Positions 49,011-57,801 of a DNA stretch of 64,000 bases are shown here, one piece after another. The notes under the pieces are model-generated. The model searched no databases. It saw only the letters and a list, made by a program, of their open reading frames with translations, and was not told the DNA's origin. Position numbers and translations under genes: made by a program. The DNA is from Candidatus Multivoradales bacterium (lineage in GTDB: Bacteria > Acidobacteriota > Thermoanaerobaculia > Multivoradales > JAHEKO01). The DNA lies in the NCBI GenBank assembly GCA_965248055.1, contig CBDFIJ010000004.1, positions 576,001-640,000 on the forward strand, in the 5' to 3' direction. How positions within the stretch are numbered: position 1 is the first letter of the stretch; every line of letters begins with the position of its first letter.

Positions 49011-49904
49011 GTGGCAGCTGATATTAAGACCGTAGATTTCACTCCGGCAAACTCGTCCGAAGCCGGGTACTTGATCCCGATTGGCGGTGCCGAGCGCAAG
49101 CGCCGCAATCCCGAAGTGCTGAAAAAATTCGTTGAACTCTCCGGGGGATCCGACGCCAATATCGTCATCATTCCTACTGCATCCCGGGTGCGCAGTACTG
49201 GAGAGCGCTACGAGCGCGTGTTCTTATCTCTGGGAGCGGATGTCGCCAAGTCGTTGCTGTTTAAGAACCGCAAAGATTGTTCCCGGGAGGATTGGCTCGA
49301 TATTTTGGAAGACGCAACAGGAATCTTCCTGACCGGGGGCTCGCAATTGCGGTTGTCCAGTACTTTGGGTGGCACGCCGGTGGCCGACACCATCCGGCGG
49401 CTGCACGCCGCAGGCACCAACATAGCTGGCACCTCGGCTGGCGCCAGCTATCTCTCGGAACACATGATCGCCTTTGGCGACAGTGGCGCTTCCCCATCGA
49501 CGCACAAGGTTGCACTGGTACCCGGCATCGGCCTGACCCGGGATTTCATCATTGACCAACATTTTCGTGAGCGCGATCGTCTGGGCCGCCTGTTAACCGC
49601 GCTGGCCTACAACCCGCGCGTACTAGGGCTCGGCCTAGATGAAGACACCGCAGCGTTTATCGGCCCTGATAGCTCGCTGGAGGTGGTGGGCTCGGGCACC
49701 TGCACCATCCTCGACGGTTCGGAAGTTGGACATTCCTCGATGGGACATGACCTAGGCGATCCGGTCTCTCTACACGGAGTCCGGCTGCACGTCTTGACCG
49801 CGGGATCACGCTACTTCATCGACTCGCGGCAGCCGCTTGCCCCGGATGAAGCCTTTTTAGACGAGGCCGATCCGACTCCAACTCCGGCCCAAGGTCAGCG
49901 ATGA
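49011..49904 (+). CDS. cphB: Cyanophycinase
   Basis: IGGAE, TGGSQLRL, GTSAGA, IDQHFRERDRLGRL, GLDEDT. Confidence 0.93.
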   Translation: MAADIKTVDFTPANSSEAGYLIPIGGAERKRRNPEVLKKFVELSGGSDANIVIIPTASRVRSTGERYERVFLSLGADVAKSLLFKNRKDCSREDWLDILEDATGIFLTGGSQLRLSSTLGGTPVADTIRRLHAAGTNIAGTSAGASYLSEHMIAFGDSGASPSTHKVALVPGIGLTRDFIIDQHFRERDRLGRLLTALAYNPRVLGLGLDEDTAAFIGPDSSLEVVGSGTCTILDGSEVGHSSMGHDLGDPVSLHGVRLHVLTAGSRYFIDSRQPLAPDEAFLDEADPTPTPAQGQR

Positions 49905-52711
49905 AGATTCTCGATTCCAGGGTCTACATAGGGCCCAATCTGTACGCACACTTTCCGGTCATCTATCTGCTGCTGGATTTGGGAGAGTTGGAAGAGTGGC
50001 CGACCGGTCGCTTAGGTGAGCCGTTTATCGAGGGCCTATTGGAAGCGCTACCTGGACTGCACGAGCACGGTTGCTCCTATCGGGAACCCGGCGGGTTTGT
50101 CCGTCGGTTGCGCGAGGACGACGGTACTTGGCTGGGGCATGTGTTGGAACACGTGGCGTTGGAAATCCAAAACGCTGCCGGCAATCGGGCGACTTTTGGC
50201 AAGACGCGTTCCACCGACACGCCTGGCGTCTACACCGTGGTCTATCAGTACGTACAACGCGACGTCGGTAAAGCAGCAGGAAATCTTGCCCTCGACCTGC
50301 TCCACAGTTTGCTGCCCGAAGAGCTGATACCCGAAGAAGTGGGACCTGAAGGGTCGGTCGCTGAAGACTGGAACTTCACCGAGGAGTACGAAAAATTGGT
50401 GCGCTGGGCGCAACGCAAAGCGCTGGGGCCAAGCACCGCGTCTTTGGTCAGCGCCGCAGAAGAGCGCGACATCCCCTGGCTGCGGCTTAACGACTACAGC
50501 TTGGTGCAGTTCGGTCACGGCTGCCACCAGCGCCGGATTCAGGCCACCATCACTTCCGAGACCCGTCATATTGCGGTCGACATCTCTTCCGACAAGGAGG
50601 AGACCAACGTGCTTTTGAGCTCGCTCGGCTTGCCGGTGCCCCAGCAACGGCTGGTACGCAGTCAATCGGATGCGGTACGTGCTGCGGAGCGCATCGGCTA
50701 CCCGGTGGTGGTTAAGCCCTACAACGCAAACCACGGACGCGGCGTATCGATCAATCTGGGAGACGCCGACCAAGTGCGAGCCGCATTCGAGCGAGCTACA
50801 CAACACAGTCGTAGCGTCTTGGTAGAAAGCTTCATTGAAGGACTCGATCACCGCATGCTGGTGGTCAACGGTGAACTGGTAGCTGTCGCCAAACGCATAC
50901 CTGCCCACGTGGTGGGCGACGGCCAGCACACCATCGCCGAACTGGTGGATACGGTCAACGAAGACCCACGACGCGGGATCGGGCACGAGAAGGTGCTGAC
51001 GCGAATCGAGTTTAATCATCAGTCCGACCGCATTTTGGAGCGCCACGGCTATACCCAAAAATCGATGCCCGCAGACGGTGAGGTCGTCTACCTAGCGGCA
51101 ACCGCCAACCTATCGACCGGTGGCACGGCGGTCGACGTGACCGACCTAGTGCATCCCGACAATCGAGAAATGGCGGTCCGGACTGCCAAGGCAATCGGCC
51201 TTGATGTCGCAGGTGTCGATTTCTTGACCAACGACATCTCTGCTTCTTATCGCGACGCCGGAGGAGCGATCTGTGAGGTCAATGCAGCGCCGGGATTTCG
51301 CATGCACGTCGCGCCATCCGAAGGCCAACCACGCGATGTCGCCGGCAAAGTCCTGGACATGCTGTTTCCGCCGGACGCACCGACGCGGGTCCCAGTTGCT
51401 GTCGTCACTGGGACTAACGGCAAAACCACGACCTCGAGAATGATCGCTCACATCATGAAGCTGGCTGGGCATCGGGTCGGCTTAACCACCACCGACGGCG
51501 TCTACAGTGACGGCCAGCTCACCGTCAAAGGGGACATGACCGGCCCGACCGCGGCGCGCATGGTGCTGCGTGACCCGAGCATCGACGCTGCGGTTTTGGA
51601 AACCGCGCGGGGCGGTCTACTCAGGGCTGGGCTCGGCTTTCGCAAGTGCGACGTCGCCTGCTGCTTGAATGTCGCCGAGGATCACCTTGGGCTGCGCGGT
51701 ATCGACACTTTGGAACAGCTCGCAGAGGTCAAGCGAATTCCGATCGAGATAGCCCAGGACGCGGTGGTGCTCAACGCCGACGACGCGCACTGTTTACGGA
51801 TGGCCGCGCACAGCCAAGCGAAGTCGATCTGCTACGCGACGATGGCCAAGGAGCATCCCCTGGTTCAGGAGCATGTGCGCTCCGGCGGTCGCGCTATCGC
51901 GCTTGAGGAGGGCGTCGCAGGGCACATGATCACCCTCTACGACAACAACTCACATATGCCATTGCTGTGGACCCACTTGATTCCCGCAACTCTGGAAGGA
52001 AAGGCACTGCACAACGTGCAAAATGCCATGTTCGCTGCAGCGATGGCGTACAGCATGGGCATCAGCCTGGACAACATTCGTCAAGGCTTGCGCACCTTCG
52101 ACACCACCTTTTTCCAAGCCCCAGGTCGGATGAACATTTTCGACGAGCACCCGTTCAAAGTGATCGTCGACTACGGACACAACCCAGCTGCGGTGGAAGT
52201 GATGTCATCTCTGATCTCACGCTTGGACTGCCGCGGAAAACGCGTCTGCGTACTCGCGGCACCGGGCGATCGGCGTGACGAGGATATCCGCAAGATGGCT
52301 GAAGCCGCTGCCCCCCACTTCGATCGCTTTATCTGCCGAAGGGACGACCAACTGAGAGGTCGCGAGGCCGACGAAGTGCCCGCAATGCTGGCCGACGAAC
52401 TCAAAAACTGTGGGGTTTCGGAAGACGCAATCGAAACCATTTCCTCAGAGCGCGAGGCGGTGGCGCAAGCCTTGGCAACCGCCCAAGAGGGAGATCTGCT
52501 TCTGGTGTTTGCCGACGACCTGGCTCGCACCTGGGGTCAGGTCACCCAACATGCCCCCGATTCATCCGCCCGAGACGAGGATGTCGAGGTCGACGTTGCG
52601 GCCCCGCCAGCCGACCTCTCCGAACTCCCCTCAGCGTTGTACGGCGAAGATGAAATCGTTCGCGACGAGCGCGGCGTTTTGCTCGCCGCTCCGGTCGAAG
52701 AATCCGACTAG
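49901..52711 (+). CDS. cphA: Cyanophycin synthetase (CphA1)
   Basis: N domain HGCS...GHVLEHVALE, ATP-grasp (VVKPYNANHGRGV, EVNAAPG), Mur-ligase domain (GTNGKTTT, ETARGG). Confidence 0.96.
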   Translation: MKILDSRVYIGPNLYAHFPVIYLLLDLGELEEWPTGRLGEPFIEGLLEALPGLHEHGCSYREPGGFVRRLREDDGTWLGHVLEHVALEIQNAAGNRATFGKTRSTDTPGVYTVVYQYVQRDVGKAAGNLALDLLHSLLPEELIPEEVGPEGSVAEDWNFTEEYEKLVRWAQRKALGPSTASLVSAAEERDIPWLRLNDYSLVQFGHGCHQRRIQATITSETRHIAVDISSDKEETNVLLSSLGLPVPQQRLVRSQSDAVRAAERIGYPVVVKPYNANHGRGVSINLGDADQVRAAFERATQHSRSVLVESFIEGLDHRMLVVNGELVAVAKRIPAHVVGDGQHTIAELVDTVNEDPRRGIGHEKVLTRIEFNHQSDRILERHGYTQKSMPADGEVVYLAATANLSTGGTAVDVTDLVHPDNREMAVRTAKAIGLDVAGVDFLTNDISASYRDAGGAICEVNAAPGFRMHVAPSEGQPRDVAGKVLDMLFPPDAPTRVPVAVVTGTNGKTTTSRMIAHIMKLAGHRVGLTTTDGVYSDGQLTVKGDMTGPTAARMVLRDPSIDAAVLETARGGLLRAGLGFRKCDVACCLNVAEDHLGLRGIDTLEQLAEVKRIPIEIAQDAVVLNADDAHCLRMAAHSQAKSICYATMAKEHPLVQEHVRSGGRAIALEEGVAGHMITLYDNNSHMPLLWTHLIPATLEGKALHNVQNAMFAAAMAYSMGISLDNIRQGLRTFDTTFFQAPGRMNIFDEHPFKVIVDYGHNPAAVEVMSSLISRLDCRGKRVCVLAAPGDRRDEDIRKMAEAAAPHFDRFICRRDDQLRGREADEVPAMLADELKNCGVSEDAIETISSEREAVAQALATAQEGDLLLVFADDLARTWGQVTQHAPDSSARDEDVEVDVAAPPADLSELPSALYGEDEIVRDERGVLLAAPVEESD

Positions 52712-52726
52712 TGACTCAGGACGACC

Positions 52727-54439
52727 GTGAAACTCACCAACTCGCGGCGACTCACCGGCCCTAGCCTGTTCTTGGATGGCCCTGGGGCGGCTATCGACAT
52801 CCGTAGCTCCCAGGCCGGAGCTACGGAAGATGTCCAAGAGGCAGCCCAACGGTGGCAAGTCTCAGCCCGTAGTCTCCTGGATCAGCTGGGTTGGAACGAC
52901 TCAGAGCTGGTGGCCTGGCCTTATGCTGGCGGTGCAACCTTAGTTTTTTCCGCACCCGAAGACGCCCTCTACACTAGTTGCGAAGTCAACGAAGCTGCCT
53001 GGGAAGCGGCTGAGAGAGATGGCATTGTAGACCCGGAGATCGTCGGGCGTCTGCGGCAGGAGATCGCCCAGGAACAAGCCCCACAGCGAAGAGCCCTGGC
53101 CCGAGCGGCTAAGGAACATGGCGTGCGGTTTCTCGCTGACGATGAGCAACTATCACTCGGCAGTGGCAAAGGGTGCCAGGTGTGGCCGATTGACCGCTTA
53201 CCCGACCTCGGGCAAGTAGCCTGGGAGCAGATCAGCGACATCCCGGTCGCCCTGATCACCGGCACCAACGGCAAGACCACCACCGCCAGGATGCTCTCGG
53301 CGATTGCTATGGCGGCCGGGATGACTCCCGGAAACACCTCTACTGACGGCGTGCAGATCAGCGGCAAGACCGTGCTCGAAGGTGACTACACCGGCGGCGA
53401 GGGTGCCCGCGCAGTGCTCCAGAATCAGAACGTTGACATCGCCTTTCTGGAAAACGCGCGAGGAGGCATGCTGCGACGGGGTCTGCCCATCGACAGTGCC
53501 GAAGCAGCTTATGTGACCAATATCGGCACCGATCATCTCGGCGAGTACGGCATCAATGACTTGCAAGGATTGGCCGAGGTCAAATTGCTGGTGACCAAGG
53601 CAGTGGCAAATCGTGGGACATTCGTTGCCAATCTTGACGACCAGTACCTTGCGACAGCACGAGGCGCAGAGACCGTGTTCGTCTCCCACTCCACAGATCA
53701 GGCTCCAGATGACTCCCTGAAACGAGGCTTCATCCGCCGCTTCGGTCGTCTTGGCGAACTCACTGAATGTGGATTCATCCCATGGCTAGAAACCGCCGAG
53801 ATACCCGCCACCCTGGGTGGCGCCGCGGAGCACAATGTCGCCAACGCCTTGGGTGCGATGGCGATAGCCGATGCGCTAGGAATCAACCGTCGCGCCATCG
53901 TCGAAGGGCTTTCTACCTTCGCCAGCGACTCCAAGAGTAATCCCGGACGCGCAAACCTGTTCGACTTCGGGGGCTTGAAGGCGGTGGTCGACTTCGCTCA
54001 CAACCCCGAAGGTCTAGAAGCCGCACTCAAAATGGCCAAGAAAATGAACCCAAAACGAGTCTTAATGCTGCTCGGCCAGGCGGGAGACCGCGATGACGCT
54101 TCAGTCGTTAAACTCTGCCAAGTGTGCGCCAGCTACAGCCCCGACCGCATCATCGTCAAAGAAATGAGGTGCTACTTGCGGGGGCGCAAGCCCGGCGAAA
54201 TGGTCGAGCTGATCGTTCGATCATTGGAAGACTCTGGACTGCCAGTGGATCGCATTGGTGTCGCAGACGATGAGGTCACCGCAGTACGCCAGGCACTGGA
54301 ATGGGGGCGATCAGGGGATCTGCTGTTGCTATTGATCCTGGCGGAACGGAAGGTGACGATAGGGTTGCTCGATCAACTTAGCGCCGATGGATGGCAACCT
54401 GGAACACCGTTGCCGCAGATTGAAACGATCTCGCCCTAA
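52727..54439 (+). CDS. CphA-related Mur-ligase protein lacking the ATP-grasp domain
   Basis: CphA-like N-terminus, ITGTNGKTTT, ENARGGMLRRG, PGRAN, DFAHNP, GDRDD. Confidence 0.85.
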   Translation: MKLTNSRRLTGPSLFLDGPGAAIDIRSSQAGATEDVQEAAQRWQVSARSLLDQLGWNDSELVAWPYAGGATLVFSAPEDALYTSCEVNEAAWEAAERDGIVDPEIVGRLRQEIAQEQAPQRRALARAAKEHGVRFLADDEQLSLGSGKGCQVWPIDRLPDLGQVAWEQISDIPVALITGTNGKTTTARMLSAIAMAAGMTPGNTSTDGVQISGKTVLEGDYTGGEGARAVLQNQNVDIAFLENARGGMLRRGLPIDSAEAAYVTNIGTDHLGEYGINDLQGLAEVKLLVTKAVANRGTFVANLDDQYLATARGAETVFVSHSTDQAPDDSLKRGFIRRFGRLGELTECGFIPWLETAEIPATLGGAAEHNVANALGAMAIADALGINRRAIVEGLSTFASDSKSNPGRANLFDFGGLKAVVDFAHNPEGLEAALKMAKKMNPKRVLMLLGQAGDRDDASVVKLCQVCASYSPDRIIVKEMRCYLRGRKPGEMVELIVRSLEDSGLPVDRIGVADDEVTAVRQALEWGRSGDLLLLLILAERKVTIGLLDQLSADGWQPGTPLPQIETISP

Positions 54440-54452
54440 GCTGAGATTCTCC

Positions 54453-54480
54453 GGGGACGTAATACAAGTATTGTGTCCCC
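54453..54480. repeat. GGGGAC...TGTCCCC palindromic REP-like element, copy 2
   Basis: GGGGACGTAATACAAGTATTGTGTCCCC hairpin. Confidence 0.6.
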
Positions 54481-54665
54481 GCTACTGCTCCCTTACCAAA
54501 GACTTCGCTGGAAATACAGTGCTGCGTTTTTCTCGCCTACGACGGCTTTTTGTTTTTGGGGTGCTTTCGATCAACAAATGCGGCAAGCGATATTGTTATG
54601 CGTTCCGATACCTGAATCAATATGGCACAATCTGTGCGTTCGGTAAGTCAAAGGAGGAAACAATT

Positions 54666-55199
54666 ATGGGCGAGCTCCAACGCCCAGAGCACAGCGACCA
54701 GCCATACGAGCCGCAATGGACCGGCGAGGTATACGCCGAACTTCTGGTGATTGCCCGACGAGTCGCACGTCGTTCGCGAGCCAGCCACACCCTCTCGCCA
54801 GAGAACCTACTTTCCGAGGCATGGATTCGAGTCACCGGCAAACAAGCAGTCTTTTGCGATCGTGACCACTTCTTTGCCACCATCGCACGCACCATTTACC
54901 ACATCTTGATCGACTACGAGCGAGGACGAAACGCCGACAAACGCGGCGGGCAATATCGCCGTACAGAGAAAGAAATTGAGTTCCGCGAACATTGGACGAC
55001 ACCGTTGCAAGTAAATGCTGCTATCGCGAAACTGCGCGACTTAGATCCGGCTCTAGCCAAGTTAGTAGACCTGCGATTTTCCTGTGGATACTCGGTCAAG
55101 GAAGTGGCGGCGGTGACAAAGCATTCGGAACGTACGATCGCCCGCCAGTGGGCATTGGCGAAATCACTCTTAGCAAAGGAGCTAGAAGATGCTCGGTAA
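54666..55199 (+). CDS. ECF sigma factor of the kinase-associated type
   Basis: AGGAGG RBS; HTL...EAW, DRDHFFA, ILID, KRGG, LRFSCG, SERTIARQWALAK. Confidence 0.88.
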   Translation: MGELQRPEHSDQPYEPQWTGEVYAELLVIARRVARRSRASHTLSPENLLSEAWIRVTGKQAVFCDRDHFFATIARTIYHILIDYERGRNADKRGGQYRRTEKEIEFREHWTTPLQVNAAIAKLRDLDPALAKLVDLRFSCGYSVKEVAAVTKHSERTIARQWALAKSLLAKELEDAR

Positions 55200-57621
55200 C
55201 TGGGAGCAGGCCAAGGACATCGTTCTCTCGGCGCTCGAGCTGTCCGGTCACACAAGAGACGAATTCATCAATGACAACTGTCGGGAAAATGACACTCTTT
55301 TTGCCCAAGTGAAGACGCTCCTGCGCCTCGCGGACGGCACCCCTACGGACAGCTTGTTTGGCACTGGGGGGCGGGCGCAAGCAGAACAACGCCTTGGTGA
55401 GAAAGTCGGTCCGTACACGCTGGTGAGCATTCTGGGTCAGGGTGGTATGGGAAGTGTCTACCTGGCAGAGCAAAAGACCGATCTTTTCGCCCGGACAGTG
55501 GCTCTCAAGATCATCCCGGAGTCTCTTGGCCTCGCGATCAATGTGGAGCCGGAAATTCATTCCCAATTGGAGCACCCATCGATTATTCGAATGTACGACA
55601 GTCGGAGAACCAGTACCGGCGAGGTGTTTATCGCCATGGAATGGGTCGACGGTCTTAGGGTCGACGAGTATTGTGCCCATGCAGATTCGTTGGCAGAGAC
55701 TATTGCGGTGTTCGCCAAAGTGTGTGACGCGGTGGCTTACGCGCATCGCAATTCGATTGCCCACGGCGACCTGAAACCAGAAAATATCTTGGTCACCGCT
55801 GATGGGGTCCCACACTTGTTGGACTTCAGCGCTTCGTCGACCGGCGGCTTCAAGCGGGCGGGTCCGCTAACGCCAGCCTACGCTAGTCCAGAGCAACAGA
55901 AAACCGGGCAGGCTTCAACCCTTTCTGATGTCTTTTCGCTAGGAATCATCCTGAAGAACTTGTTGCAACAAGCTGAAGTACTAAGGCAACAAAGGGCTGA
56001 GTCACCCAGTTACGAGAACGTCCGAGCCAACAAAGAACTCAGAGCTGTTGCTAGTCAAGCAAGCCACATTGACTCAAATCTCAGATATCCGTCTGTCAAT
56101 CAGCTGCGCAAAGATCTAGATCGGTGGGCCCATGGACTCCCCGTTCAATCGATCGCCAGCTCTACCACTCGAACGATCGGTATGTTTCTAGCGCGAAATC
56201 GCAATCGGATTGTAGCAACAGTGGTGATTCTGGTTGCCGTGGTATTGGTGGTCGCCATAGTGGATCGTTCAGGGCGTACCCAGCGTGAGGAAAGCGATGT
56301 AAGAGCTGAAAAATTGGCCAGCTTCATGGCCAATGCGGTACGCGTGGATGGTGCCATGGATGGCGGTGAGCGCATCAAGGAATTGCTTACCGAAGGCCAA
56401 TCGCAAATCCTCGATCTTTTTGAGAGTGATCCGCTGCGACAGGGCGAGCTGCTTACCGCTCTCGGCGAGGGCTATCTGAACCTGGGGCTTCACGACCAAG
56501 GCCTATCCGTCCTTAAGCAGGCTACCCGCGCACTGGCGGCTGGCAACGCCAAACCAGGAGTCCAAGCTGGGGCCCAGGCACTCGTTGCGCGTGCGCAAAG
56601 TAGGCTCGGGCAATACGAGGAGGCGAAAGAAACCATCAGCCAAACCCTTGCGCTGGCAGAGAACCTCTCGAACCCTATCGGCCAAGAGCTTCAACTTGCA
56701 TTGAGAATCGAAGATGCCTCTTTTGACTGGTTAACAACATCACCTGAGAATTCGACAGCCAAACTCAACGAGCTAGACCGTTGGGCGAACCAAATCTGGG
56801 GCCCTAACTCTCTCGCCTCAGCGCGCGTCGCCGTGATCAGGGGATACGCGCTCGCCCAACTCGGGCAGAACGAGGCCAAATACATCCTGGAACGGCCAGT
56901 GACCGATTTTGAGAGCGAACTCATAACAACGCTTTGGGGGCGGCGTGGGGTGTCAACCTACGCTGCGTTTCTCAGACGGCAAGGGGATTTCGAGGAAGCG
57001 GATAGAATTATCCAGAACCTTCTGTCGACTGTTCTAACCGCATACGGACCCAACCACGAAGAGCTGGTGGAGTACTACCGTGACCTAGCGCGTAGCGCGA
57101 TAAACCGAGGATTCGTGGAAGAAGCAGACGCATTGCTTCGCAAAGCGCTCTCTGTGGCGGCCAAGATCGAGCCCTTCACATTGGTCACAACCAAGCAAGA
57201 CTATGCACTGGTGCTGGCTACATTGGGGAAGTCTGAACCAGCAACAACAATCGTGATGGAAACCCTGCACGAATCTGAGCAGCTTCTAGGCAAAAATCAG
57301 TTCGGGTGGTCCTTTGCCCTTCGCTACGTCGGGCTTGTTGAGCTCACGCTGCAAAGGCCCGAGCACGCAGCGCCGTACCTTGAACAAGCGATTGCCATTC
57401 AAGCAGCCGTGTTTCCCCCTGTAAACAAAAACCTAATCTTGGAACGCCTAGCACTGGGGCGCGCCTACATAATGATGGGTAGAGTCGAGGATGCTCAAAA
57501 ACAGATCGATAGTGCATGTGGTGTACCTGAAGAGGCACTAGCGGTCTATGGGCTGTGGGACCAGACTCTCAAGCAAGAGTGCGTTGATGCAGCGTCTATG
57601 TTGCAAGGCTCTGCGAGCTAG
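55189..57621 (+). CDS. Membrane Ser/Thr protein kinase with TPR repeats
   Basis: LGQGGMGSVY, VALK, HGDLKPEN, DFS (for DFG), TPAYASPEQ, TM helix, TPRs; overlaps the ECF gene. Confidence 0.9.
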   Translation: MLGNWEQAKDIVLSALELSGHTRDEFINDNCRENDTLFAQVKTLLRLADGTPTDSLFGTGGRAQAEQRLGEKVGPYTLVSILGQGGMGSVYLAEQKTDLFARTVALKIIPESLGLAINVEPEIHSQLEHPSIIRMYDSRRTSTGEVFIAMEWVDGLRVDEYCAHADSLAETIAVFAKVCDAVAYAHRNSIAHGDLKPENILVTADGVPHLLDFSASSTGGFKRAGPLTPAYASPEQQKTGQASTLSDVFSLGIILKNLLQQAEVLRQQRAESPSYENVRANKELRAVASQASHIDSNLRYPSVNQLRKDLDRWAHGLPVQSIASSTTRTIGMFLARNRNRIVATVVILVAVVLVVAIVDRSGRTQREESDVRAEKLASFMANAVRVDGAMDGGERIKELLTEGQSQILDLFESDPLRQGELLTALGEGYLNLGLHDQGLSVLKQATRALAAGNAKPGVQAGAQALVARAQSRLGQYEEAKETISQTLALAENLSNPIGQELQLALRIEDASFDWLTTSPENSTAKLNELDRWANQIWGPNSLASARVAVIRGYALAQLGQNEAKYILERPVTDFESELITTLWGRRGVSTYAAFLRRQGDFEEADRIIQNLLSTVLTAYGPNHEELVEYYRDLARSAINRGFVEEADALLRKALSVAAKIEPFTLVTTKQDYALVLATLGKSEPATTIVMETLHESEQLLGKNQFGWSFALRYVGLVELTLQRPEHAAPYLEQAIAIQAAVFPPVNKNLILERLALGRAYIMMGRVEDAQKQIDSACGVPEEALAVYGLWDQTLKQECVDAASMLQGSAS

Positions 57622-57801
57622 CCGTTTAATAGCTTCACCAAGAGATCACGATTTGGGAGAGTAACCCTCCATCAGGCGGTAAGAAAGTGATTGGACGAAT
57701 CGTCCCAGCAGTTAGTTCAATCCGCGCTGGCAAGGATAAGTAATGGGCTTGGCGGGCGAGTCAAGATAGTCACCTTGTCCCCCGCTTGCTAGCATCGCGC
57801 G

